DNA from: a virus
Lineage: Duplodnaviria; Caudoviricetes
Direction: 5' to 3' (one strand)
Length of the DNA: 43,019 nucleotides
IMG/VR virus record: IMGVR_UViG_3300025287_000138
Span: 1-43,019 of that record
The notes under the pieces are model-generated. The model was given only the letters and a program-made list of their open reading frames with translations. It was not told where the DNA came from and made no database searches. The position numbers and the translations under genes were made by a program. Position 1 is the stretch's first letter, and each line of letters begins with the position of its first letter. Positions 36,096 to 43,019 of the stretch are shown here, one piece after another.

Positions 36096-37483
36096 GCTGC
36101 TCTCTCCAAGAATGCGGGGATCGTCACTGGGACGGACGGAGTGTAATTCGGGGTGTCGCGCACGCTGCCGCGCACGGCTTCGCTCGACAGATCGGCCATG
36201 TGCATGACCATGGCCGCCGCCATGCGATCTGCGTCAGCTTCCTTGCGTTTGATGTTGGCGACAGTTGCGCCCTCAAGTTCGCTGGCAATAATGTGAGCGG
36301 TGACTGGCTTCTGCTGACCAAACCGCCAGAACCTGCGCACGGCCTGATAGAACTGCTCGAAGCTGTCGTTGAGGCCGACGAACCCGGTGTCCGCGCAATG
36401 CTGCCAATTCATCCCGAAGCCAGCGAGGCTCGGTTTGGTTATCAGCACGCGGATTTCACCGTCGCTGAATGCCAGTAGGATGCGCTCTTTTTCGCCTTCT
36501 TTCAGTCCACCATGGAGATTGACGGCGCCGGGTATCTGTTTGGCTAGAAGTTCGGCTTCGCCATTTAGATTGCACCACCAGACGAAAGGACGATCCGAAG
36601 GCGTTATTGATGCCGCCATTTCGCAGCGCGGTTCTACCGTCGTGCGACGTGCAGCGATACGCTCCGAAAGCGTCTGCGCCTGCATAGGGAACAGCGTTCC
36701 CATTTCAGCGTCCGGCGCATAGTCAGCGGCTACGATATGCTGGCGGAATTGCAGCGGCGGCAAGTCGTACCCATCGTTCGCATAGCCAAGGTCTGACGGC
36801 TTCCGGAGCATGACAGCCCAAGAGGCCATCCATTTCCAGAACTCGTTTTCAGCGTGTCCTTTGAGGCGCCATTTTTGCGTGTCGCCGCCATCGTGAACAA
36901 AGAATGTGGCGAGCATGTCGGTATAGGACATGATGCCAAGGAACTCGGCGTGGTTGCCCAATTCCATGAAATCGTTCGGCGCGGGTGTCGCGGTCGCAGC
37001 GAGACGGAACGGGATGGCCTGGCAAGCTTCGATCAGCTTTGTGCGGTAGTGGCCATCGGTGTTCTTGAGGATGCTGCTTTCATCCAGGATAACGCCGCCG
37101 AACTTCGACAGATCGAAATGATCCAGCTTCTGATAGTTCGTGATGTTTGTACCGGCGCTGCAATCATCTTGTGACGCGACGATGCGCGCGGGGATGCCGA
37201 ACTTGTCGGCTTCACGCGCCATCTGTTGCGAGACAGCCAGCGGAGCGAGATACAGGATATTTTTGCCGGTTACCTGATTGATTGCCTGCGCCCACGCCAG
37301 TTCCATCAGGCTCTTGCCGAGGCCCGTTCCTGCGAACAATGCCGCGCGACCACGCTTAAGCGCCCACCGAACGATATCGCGCTGGTGAGGAAACAGGCAG
37401 TCGGGAAGCGCAGGCGGGTTGTCCAATCCCGTCATGGGATCGGTCACAGCTTTGCGCGTTAGAAACTGGATATACGGGTCCAT
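36092..37483 (-). CDS. SF2 (SNF2-like) helicase
   Basis: GTGLGKS, LDESS, TATPAPND, QAVRRFWRFGQ. Confidence 0.9.
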   Translation of the reverse strand: MDPYIQFLTRKAVTDPMTGLDNPPALPDCLFPHQRDIVRWALKRGRAALFAGTGLGKSLMELAWAQAINQVTGKNILYLAPLAVSQQMAREADKFGIPARIVASQDDCSAGTNITNYQKLDHFDLSKFGGVILDESSILKNTDGHYRTKLIEACQAIPFRLAATATPAPNDFMELGNHAEFLGIMSYTDMLATFFVHDGGDTQKWRLKGHAENEFWKWMASWAVMLRKPSDLGYANDGYDLPPLQFRQHIVAADYAPDAEMGTLFPMQAQTLSERIAARRTTVEPRCEMAASITPSDRPFVWWCNLNGEAELLAKQIPGAVNLHGGLKEGEKERILLAFSDGEIRVLITKPSLAGFGMNWQHCADTGFVGLNDSFEQFYQAVRRFWRFGQQKPVTAHIIASELEGATVANIKRKEADADRMAAAMVMHMADLSSEAVRGSVRDTPNYTPSVPVTIPAFLERAA

Positions 37484-37617
37484 CACGCCCACACCCCCGC
37501 CCAAGCGGCTAGGGCACCAATCACTTCTGCCAGCGCCCACAGCCCGAGCCCGATCAGCGCACCGAACCGCAGTTCTTCGAGCCAGAGACGGACGTTTTCG
37601 CGGGTGAAGGGGGTCAT
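37483..37617 (-). CDS. 44-aa TM microprotein (MTPFTRENVRLWLEELRFGALIGLGLWALAEVIGALAAWAGVWA)
   Basis: ATGA and TGATG overlaps with both neighbours. Confidence 0.55.
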   Translation of the reverse strand: MTPFTRENVRLWLEELRFGALIGLGLWALAEVIGALAAWAGVWA

Positions 37618-37943
37618 GCTGGCACCTTCCCGCCAACCATGAGGTCTATGACTTCACGGTCGAACTCGTCGGCTTTGGGAGGGGTGACTTTGCGGAACAG
37701 GCGTGCGTCGAAGTAAGCGAGGAAGCCTTCGCAAAGCAGATAGAGAACATCGCCCTCATCGCCGCCATGTTGCTCACGCCCCATCACAGCCGTGTCCGTC
37801 ACGGTGTAAATCGAGCCGGTGACGGGCTTGCAGAATGTCTCGCTGAATGTGCCAATGTCATCAGCACGATGATCGGTGCCTTCTGGAATCCAGCTGACGT
37901 TGCGAATGCATTGCGCCAGATCGCCTATCTGCCAGTCGCTCAT
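37614..37943 (-). CDS. Hypothetical protein
   Basis: W.IGDLAQCI...F.K SH3-like pattern; coupled to neighbours. Confidence 0.65.
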   Translation of the reverse strand: MSDWQIGDLAQCIRNVSWIPEGTDHRADDIGTFSETFCKPVTGSIYTVTDTAVMGREQHGGDEGDVLYLLCEGFLAYFDARLFRKVTPPKADEFDREVIDLMVGGKVPA

Positions 37944-38419
37944 GCCGCCCTCCGCTTGCCAAGAGCGACCAACTGCGCGCCGCGCGCCACCATTGCCGAA
38001 CCGACAACGGACAGGTCTTTGCGCTCGTTCGCGTCAAAGCGGCCATCGACAGCGGCACGAACGACCTTTGCGTTGTCGTCGGTGTTGTCCGCTGCGAAAT
38101 CGCCGGGCTCGGGTTCATCGTCGGGAAGGGTAAAAGCACCCTGCGCGGCCAATGGAAGCCATTCGTTCGTAAAGTCCGGACCGATCACAGCAGCGATCGA
38201 CAGGCGCATGTTGTCGGGCAGTGCGCGGAAGTTCTCATTGTCGAGCGGCAGCTTGGCGGCATCGATCCGCCAGCCATCAACACCCGAGGCTTTCGCAACC
38301 TGGGCGACCGAGAACCGGCGACCGCGACCGATGAACAGCATCAGGGCAGCGCGCGTCGCCTCGTTCAAAGCGTCGCTAGAAATGAGCGGCGAAATGCTAG
38401 CTGAATTAATTTCGGCCAC
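37940..38419 (-). CDS. CII-position HTH regulatory protein
   Basis: FSVAQVAKASGV HTH; GGAG SD before GTG 38419; downstream of cro. Confidence 0.6.
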   Translation of the reverse strand: MAEINSASISPLISSDALNEATRAALMLFIGRGRRFSVAQVAKASGVDGWRIDAAKLPLDNENFRALPDNMRLSIAAVIGPDFTNEWLPLAAQGAFTLPDDEPEPGDFAADNTDDNAKVVRAAVDGRFDANERKDLSVVGSAMVARGAQLVALGKRRAA

Positions 38420-38666
38420 GGGTATCTCCGTTGGAATGAAGGAGGTCAGAAACATGAGCGCCAGCAGGGCTTGGGAGAGTGGGTTCAACCCTGCTGGCGC
38501 TCACCACGTCGCCGAGGGGGCGGCGGGTGGATTTGGTTGTCAGGAGCCGCTCAAGAGCGCGGGCTTCAGCACGGCGCATGGGGAGGCCGCCGACGTTCAC
38601 CGGATCGGCGAAGGGCTGAGCCAGCGCGACACGCACGGCTGCGAGGGTGGAGGGGCAGGAGGTCAT
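38406..38666 (-). CDS. Possible hypothetical protein (overlaps the structured region)
   Basis: ATG immediately after the upstream stop; 3' half dominated by hairpins. Confidence 0.35.
   Translation of the reverse strand: MTSCPSTLAAVRVALAQPFADPVNVGGLPMRRAEARALERLLTTKSTRRPLGDVVSASRVEPTLPSPAGAHVSDLLHSNGDTRGRN
38455..38503. repeat. Perfect 15-bp inverted repeat with 19-nt loop
   Basis: TGAGCGCCAGCAGGG ... CCCTGCTGGCGCTCA. Confidence 0.85.
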
Positions 38667-39014
38667 TTACGCCGCCTCACGGACGACTTGGCCGCCGTTC
38701 CAGCGGTATCCGTGATACCAGACGGTTTCGATCGGGCAGTTAGCGCCGAGCTTCATTCTCAGTCTGCGAATGAAAACCCGTGTGACACCGGCAGGGTTTT
38801 CGCCATCACTGAACCGATTGCCGAGAGCTTCGGCACCGATGCAGGCACCGTTGCCTTTAGCGATGGCATAGAAAAGCTCAGCCTCTCCCGGCGTCAGCTT
38901 GACCCGAACACCGTTAACTTCAGTGGCCTGTGGTGTGATGCGGAACTCGCCACAGACGAGCGGGGCGTCAGACGAGAAGTTGTAGCCACAGTGGGGGCAC
39001 AGATCGCGCATCAC
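38667..39014 (-). CDS. Stand-alone OmpR/PhoB-type winged-helix DNA-binding protein with N-terminal CxxC
   Basis: KLTPGEAELF...VFIRRLRMKL...IETVWYHGYRW; no receiver domain. Confidence 0.82.
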   Translation of the reverse strand: MMRDLCPHCGYNFSSDAPLVCGEFRITPQATEVNGVRVKLTPGEAELFYAIAKGNGACIGAEALGNRFSDGENPAGVTRVFIRRLRMKLGANCPIETVWYHGYRWNGGQVVREAA

Positions 39015-39157
39015 GCAGCCCCCTTGGGCCAGCCATGCTGATCGTTGGCGCAGTGACGCGGCTTCGAGGTTTCAGTGGGCGACAGCAGGTGCTTGCCCAA
39101 TACGATGGGCGTGAAGCGGGTCGCACCAAGGGCGGCTATGACATCATAGAAGGTCAT
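39011..39157 (-). CDS. Hypothetical 48-aa protein
   Basis: ATGA overlap with the cro stop; overlaps the next start. Confidence 0.4.
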   Translation of the reverse strand: MTFYDVIAALGATRFTPIVLGKHLLSPTETSKPRHCANDQHGWPKGAA

Positions 39158-39378
39158 GCCGCGATCCCCGCGCGCCGGATGAATTCGACCTGCCAGATTG
39201 CAAAGGGAACCTCGCCGCCTGTGGCCTTGTCGATGTGCCGAGCGGTTTCAGCGTCGGGCAAGCGGCCCTTGCGATACCGGTTCACGGTTGGCTGCTGGAC
39301 GCCTATGGCAATAGCCAGTGACGCTTCGGTATTTCCGTCTTTCCGGAGATACTGGTCGAGGATGTCAGGGTAGCTCAT
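39154..39378 (-). CDS. cro: Cro-like HTH protein
   Basis: TEASLAIAIGVQQPTVNRY...IDKATGGEV; divergent from cI. Confidence 0.85.
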   Translation of the reverse strand: MSYPDILDQYLRKDGNTEASLAIAIGVQQPTVNRYRKGRLPDAETARHIDKATGGEVPFAIWQVEFIRRAGIAA

Positions 39379-39386
39379 GGCCCTGC

Positions 39387-39472
39387 AATATACCGAGATG
39401 GTATTTAATGGCAATACCAATCTGGCCATTCCGTCAACTTTTTTGCCCGGGCAAGATATTCCGATGGGGTAT
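39387..39472. promoter_or_regulatory. OR-like region: operators ATACC-N5-GGTAT (39390 perfect, 39414 weak, 39458 one mismatch) and cro promoter (TTGCCA-16-TATATT, minus strand)
   Basis: Palindromes between the divergent cro and cI genes; same motif recurs downstream of cI. Confidence 0.72.
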
Positions 39473-40105
39473 CTCGACCGTCTCGCATCGCTGCGAAAAG
39501 CAAAAGGCTTCACTCAAGCAACGCTCGCTGAGCGTATGGGAGTGGAGCAACCGACCATTCAAAGATGGGAAAAGGGTAAGCGCGAGCCTAACCTTGGCCA
39601 GCTTGTGGAACTCGCCAGCGTTTTAGGTGTGGAACCCGGCTCGCTTATAGGAACGGTGGCGCCGGTTTCGATCGGCCCGCGTCTATTCGTGAAAGGGCTT
39701 GTGGCGGCAGGGTTGTGGCGCGAAGCATTTGAGACACCCGAGGACGAATGGCAGAGTTTCACCGGTCGCGCGGACGTGGCGGCTGATATTCAACATCGCT
39801 TCGGCTTGCGGATCGTCGGCGACTCAATGAATGAAATCTACCCTGACGGCACAATCGTGGAATGCGTCTCAGTTTTCGGACATGCCGAGCCAGCTCCGGG
39901 CAAGAAGGTTGTCGTCATCCGCACGCGGGACGATCACCAGGTCGAAGCGACGGTAAAAGAGTTGGTCGAGCAGGACGGCGCGTTATGGCTTGTCCCAAGA
40001 TCGTCTAACCCCGCGCATCAGCCGTGGCGCCTTGACGAACCGGGCGAAGGCATAATCGAAATTCGCATCGCAGCGGTAGTAGTGGCGAGCGTCCGACCTG
40101 AGTAA
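39464..40105 (+). CDS. cI: CI/LexA-like repressor (HTH plus S24 peptidase)
   Basis: TQATLAERMGVEQPTIQRWEKG HTH; VAAG cleavage site; GDSM and ATVK catalytic Ser/Lys. Confidence 0.92.
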   Translation: MGYLDRLASLRKAKGFTQATLAERMGVEQPTIQRWEKGKREPNLGQLVELASVLGVEPGSLIGTVAPVSIGPRLFVKGLVAAGLWREAFETPEDEWQSFTGRADVAADIQHRFGLRIVGDSMNEIYPDGTIVECVSVFGHAEPAPGKKVVVIRTRDDHQVEATVKELVEQDGALWLVPRSSNPAHQPWRLDEPGEGIIEIRIAAVVVASVRPE

Positions 40106-40106
40106 A

Positions 40107-40158
40107 ATACCAAGACGGCATTTTCTGCCTTGACCTCTTAATACCACAGCGGTATATA
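40107..40158 (+). promoter_or_regulatory. OL/PL-like region: sigma70 promoter TTGACC-17-TATATA with operators at 40107 (ATACC-N5-GGCAT) and 40141 (ATACC-N5-GGTAT)
   Basis: -35 at 40130-40135, -10 at 40153-40158; a perfect operator covers the spacer and -10. Confidence 0.82.
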
Positions 40159-40215
40159 CACCCCCACACCGACGAAAGACTGCATCCCGCAGATCTCGGG
40201 TGGGAGTTTCCGAAG

Positions 40216-40488
40216 ATGGCTTCACTCGCAAACCTCGAAGCGCTGGTAACGGCACAGACCGCGCATTTTTATGCGGAAGGTACTGCTGGCGAGGCGCGCG
40301 CTGAGAGCCGCCTGCTCGACGCAGCGATTGAGTGCGGCATGCACTACGATCACGACGACCTGCATGGCTGGGTTGCTCTCAAGGTCGGTGAGTTCCTCAC
40401 CAGCAGCCCATCCATCGAAGAAGATGAATGCTGGGGCGACGAAGGCATTGGCCGTGATGAATATGGCCGGTGGGAGTACGCAGCATGA
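40216..40488 (+). CDS. Acidic hypothetical early protein
   Basis: First gene after PL; GGGAG SD. Confidence 0.7.
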   Translation: MASLANLEALVTAQTAHFYAEGTAGEARAESRLLDAAIECGMHYDHDDLHGWVALKVGEFLTSSPSIEEDECWGDEGIGRDEYGRWEYAA

Positions 40489-40748
40489 ACTGCTCCGGCC
40501 CCCTGAATAATGACGCAATTACGCAAAATCGCGCCACCGCTATCCGTAAGGAAGCCATACAGTCCGATTATCGCGACTTTATTCTGTCGTTCGAATACGG
40601 ATATTACACCGCCGTTCACAAGGAATACGACTGCGATTGGCAGGGTGAAGAAGACGGTTGGGTTGGCTCGCATCCGATCCTTTCGAGCCGCACCCGCAAC
40701 GGGCTGAAAGAAGAAATCGACGCTTGGCATGGGGAGGCTGGCATATGA
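40485..40748 (+). CDS. Hypothetical early protein
   Basis: ATGA overlaps at both ends. Confidence 0.65.
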   Translation: MNCSGPLNNDAITQNRATAIRKEAIQSDYRDFILSFEYGYYTAVHKEYDCDWQGEEDGWVGSHPILSSRTRNGLKEEIDAWHGEAGI

Positions 40749-41206
40749 CCACCCCCTCCAAGATCGAACGCGAGGGTGGGTCTAGGCATACCGATGCAGA
40801 CGTAGAGGACGCCTGCAACACGCTACGAAAAGCCATTGAGGCGGCTGAGAACAGCAATCACGCTGGCGAAATTTTCGTGCTAGCAGCAGTTGCCAAGGCT
40901 CAATCCGAAGTCGTCGTTTGTAGGCCTGAATTTGAGAAAACTCTGGATGATCTGGCGCAGCTTTGTGCTGGCGCGATCCAGCTAATCGAGAGCGCCGAGA
41001 GCGATACGAACTGGGGTCAACCCACGTTCGGGCCTTCCTACAGTGAAGATCATCTGGAGCGTCTCGAGGCTTTGCATGAGCCGATAGCAGACCTGTTCAT
41101 TTACCTTTCGGGCAAGCGCCGCCACGCATCTGACTGCGCAACCTCCAACGCGCCAGCTTATCTGCCGCGCCCCTGTGACTGCACCTATCGGGAGGTCGGC
41201 CAATGA
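40745..41206 (+). CDS. Hypothetical early protein (N-terminus MTTPSKIEREGG; C-terminal HxxxC...CxC)
   Basis: GGAGG SD; ATGA overlaps. Confidence 0.7.
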   Translation: MTTPSKIEREGGSRHTDADVEDACNTLRKAIEAAENSNHAGEIFVLAAVAKAQSEVVVCRPEFEKTLDDLAQLCAGAIQLIESAESDTNWGQPTFGPSYSEDHLERLEALHEPIADLFIYLSGKRRHASDCATSNAPAYLPRPCDCTYREVGQ

Positions 41207-41235
41207 CCCCCTCCAAGATCGAACGCGAGGGTGGG
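40751..41235 (+). repeat. Exact 30-bp direct repeat ACCCCCTCCAAGATCGAACGCGAGGGTGGG at 40751-40780 and 41206-41235
   Basis: Read directly; located at the 5' ends of two consecutive genes. Confidence 0.92.
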
Positions 41236-41547
41236 CAGACTGCTGGGCCGTGGATGGTCGTTGAGCACGAGGTCTGGGACACCCGCCATGATGGCGAACC
41301 CGGCGTCCCTTTATTCCGTCGCGACATCAACTACCGGCGCTGGGGGCGGGACTTCAAAACTGGAGAGCAAGACGCCAACGCCCGCCTAATCGCAGCGGCA
41401 CCGGAATTGCTAGAAGAGTTAGAAACTCTGCGCGATTTTGGCTGCCCACACTGTAGCGGTGATTGCGGATCGGCCAATCCTCCTGTGATCAACTGCCCGA
41501 TGCAGCAGGCGTCCGCCGCCATCGCTAAAGCGCGAGGTGCGTCATGA
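41203..41547 (+). CDS. Hypothetical phage protein (GPW...ANARLIAAAPELL motif)
   Basis: Widespread phage early-gene motif; GGAGG SD. Confidence 0.75.
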   Translation: MTPSKIEREGGQTAGPWMVVEHEVWDTRHDGEPGVPLFRRDINYRRWGRDFKTGEQDANARLIAAAPELLEELETLRDFGCPHCSGDCGSANPPVINCPMQQASAAIAKARGAS

Positions 41548-41837
41548 ACATGCACCGCGCCCTAACCTCCTACAACCAGCATACGCGCAACACCGAGATA
41601 GACGCCTTCGCCCGCCGCATGACCCAATGCGAGCAGGTGCGCATGATCGTGGCGCTGATCCAGGGCGGTGCGGGTATCGAGCAATGCGATGATCTGGTCG
41701 ATGCTCTGGCCCCGCTGAGTGAGGCGCTGAGCGAGCACTATGACGACATCGCGGATGCCGCAGTGTTTGGCGACATGGCCACGCCGAGGGATCGTCGGTC
41801 GCCTCGTGCCGTGTCTTGGATGGAGGGTGTGTCGTGA
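41544..41837 (+). CDS. Hypothetical early protein
   Basis: ATGA and GTGA overlaps. Confidence 0.65.
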   Translation: MNMHRALTSYNQHTRNTEIDAFARRMTQCEQVRMIVALIQGGAGIEQCDDLVDALAPLSEALSEHYDDIADAAVFGDMATPRDRRSPRAVSWMEGVS

Positions 41838-42637
41838 GCAAACTCCTTTCATCCAGTGCCGCAATATTGAAGCAGGCCATCGAAGAGTTCAGCCCGACGC
41901 ACATCGTGTCCATGGTGTCGGGCGGCTATGATAGCGCCGCCAGTGATCAGGTTGCGCGAGAGCTCGGCGTTAAGATCGACCTCGTGATGCATGGGAATAC
42001 CCGCTGCGGAATTCCGCAGACCAGCGAGTTCGTGCGCAATCACTATGGCAGTCTCGGTGAATATGTCGAAGCCGACGCTGGCACCGCTTACGAAGACTAC
42101 GTTCTGCGCAAGGGCTTCTTCGGTAAGGGTATTGCGGCGCACGGCTTTTCATATCGCATTCTGAAAGCCACGCCATTCCGCAAGGCCGTTTCCAAGCACA
42201 TCCGCCAGCGCAAACGTGATGTACGCGTGATGCTCCTTAACGGTGCGCGTAAGGATGAAAGCGAGAACCGTCAGAAGCATTTGCAGACATTCCGGCGTGA
42301 CCCTGCCTGCCCGAATAACATCTGGGTGAACCTTATCCACGATTGGGACCAGCAGAGCCGTGACGATTATCTGCGCAACCGAGAAACCCCGCTGAACCCG
42401 GTTGCCACTCAGCTTTGCCGTTCTGGCGAATGTATGTGCGGCACCATGCAAACCGCGCAAGAGCGTGGCGAGGCGGCGGCAATCTATCCCGAGTGGGGGA
42501 ATTGGCTTTCCGAACTGGAGCAGGAAGCACGGCGCTTGCACGGCTTTGGGTGGGGCGAGCCATTCCCCAAGATCGACCGACGCCAGAAGATGCTGCCACT
42601 CGATTTCCAACCCATGTGCAAAGACTGTGTGAGGTAG
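41834..42637 (+). CDS. PAPS-reductase-family (PP-loop) protein
   Basis: VSGGYDS PP-loop, LKATP, NGARKDESENR, SGECMCG. Confidence 0.85.
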   Translation: MSKLLSSSAAILKQAIEEFSPTHIVSMVSGGYDSAASDQVARELGVKIDLVMHGNTRCGIPQTSEFVRNHYGSLGEYVEADAGTAYEDYVLRKGFFGKGIAAHGFSYRILKATPFRKAVSKHIRQRKRDVRVMLLNGARKDESENRQKHLQTFRRDPACPNNIWVNLIHDWDQQSRDDYLRNRETPLNPVATQLCRSGECMCGTMQTAQERGEAAAIYPEWGNWLSELEQEARRLHGFGWGEPFPKIDRRQKMLPLDFQPMCKDCVR

Positions 42638-42639
42638 AA

Positions 42640-42801
42640 ATGAGGCTTACAACATCGGACGCCCTTAGGCGAGCCAGAGGGGCATTGGCTGCGATTGTGG
42701 CCGACCCTGATAGCAGTCAGTCGGCCGTCGATATAGCGAAACGGGCTTTACGAGAAACAGCCTTTCCCCCCCTGATCGCACGGAAGGAGGGGGTACTGTG
42801 A
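42640..42801 (+). CDS. Hypothetical 53-aa protein
   Basis: GAGGT SD; GTGA overlap with the next ORF. Confidence 0.55.
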   Translation: MRLTTSDALRRARGALAAIVADPDSSQSAVDIAKRALRETAFPPLIARKEGVL

Positions 42802-43019
42802 GCGATAATCACAACCAGCATTGGGATTGGGATTACGACGACAGCGACTGCGCAAACTGCGGTGGCGAAGGCTTCACCTACGGATGCTCGTGGGATTGGC
42901 AGTGCGACACTTATGACGAGGGGGAGGGGACGTGTCTCTGCACCCGCCGTTGTGAGTGGTGCAATCCTCTAACCGCTGAAGAGATCGCTGAACGCAAGGC
43001 CCTACGGGACATTATGGCG
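42798..43019 (+). CDS. Cys-rich protein, truncated by the window end (MSDNHNQHWDWDYDDSDCANCGGEG...CEWC...)
   Basis: AAGGAGG SD, CxxCxGxG pattern, no stop before 43019. Confidence 0.6.
   Translation, partial: MSDNHNQHWDWDYDDSDCANCGGEGFTYGCSWDWQCDTYDEGEGTCLCTRRCEWCNPLTAEEIAERKALRDIMA

Larger units (their letters stand above)
1..43019. mobile_element. Temperate podovirus-type phage (BPP-1/T7-like virion module, lambda-like switch), nearly complete, truncated at right end
   Basis: Integrase, att, lysis, tail, head, terminase, replication and cI/cro modules in coherent order; no host housekeeping genes; last ORF has no stop within the window. Confidence 0.95.

Noticed and set aside
37767-39041. 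424-aa plus-strand ORF
   Set aside because: Antisense to several coupled minus-strand genes and typical of a high-GC shadow ORF; only the internal SD/ATG at 38439-38456 is noted in the findings
42798-43019. Circular join of the window end to base 1, which would fuse the Cys-rich ORF in frame to the integrase
   Set aside because: No terminal repeat is visible, no excisionase is seen, and an in-frame join has a one-in-three chance; truncation is more likely
1-43019. Stop-codon recoding or alternative genetic code
   Set aside because: Core genes are full length and tightly coupled in the standard code

Overview
The whole window is a temperate phage of an Alphaproteobacterium (inferred from a GapR/DUF2312 gene and a CTTGAC-N17-TATAT-type promoter; the exact host is not visible). 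It has a podovirus-type virion module in Bordetella BPP-1/T7-like order and a lambda-like genetic switch. From left to right it contains: a tyrosine integrase; an apparently intact attP (3' half of tRNA-Val(CAC) with arm-type repeats on both sides); a moron encoding a heparinase II/III-family polysaccharide lyase; a lysis cassette with extra membrane genes; a tailspike and ejection proteins; tail tubular proteins (the nozzle gene is split in two); capsid, portal and terminase genes; a replication, recombination and methylase region (initiator with iterons, RusA-like, GapR, SSB, Rad52-like SSAP, N4C-type methylase, SF2 helicase); cro/cI with ATACC-N5-GGTAT operators; and a rightward early operon that includes a PAPS-reductase-family gene and runs off the window end. 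The most notable unexplained signals are three identically spaced TTTTGAGATACG-N13-TA late-promoter motifs, the lyase moron beside attP, the split FCCH-containing nozzle gene, a 30-bp exact repeat giving two adjacent genes the same N-terminus, a hairpin/anti-SD-rich region before the cII-position gene, and many unannotated microproteins. Protein family calls come from motif recognition and synteny only; no database searches were run.
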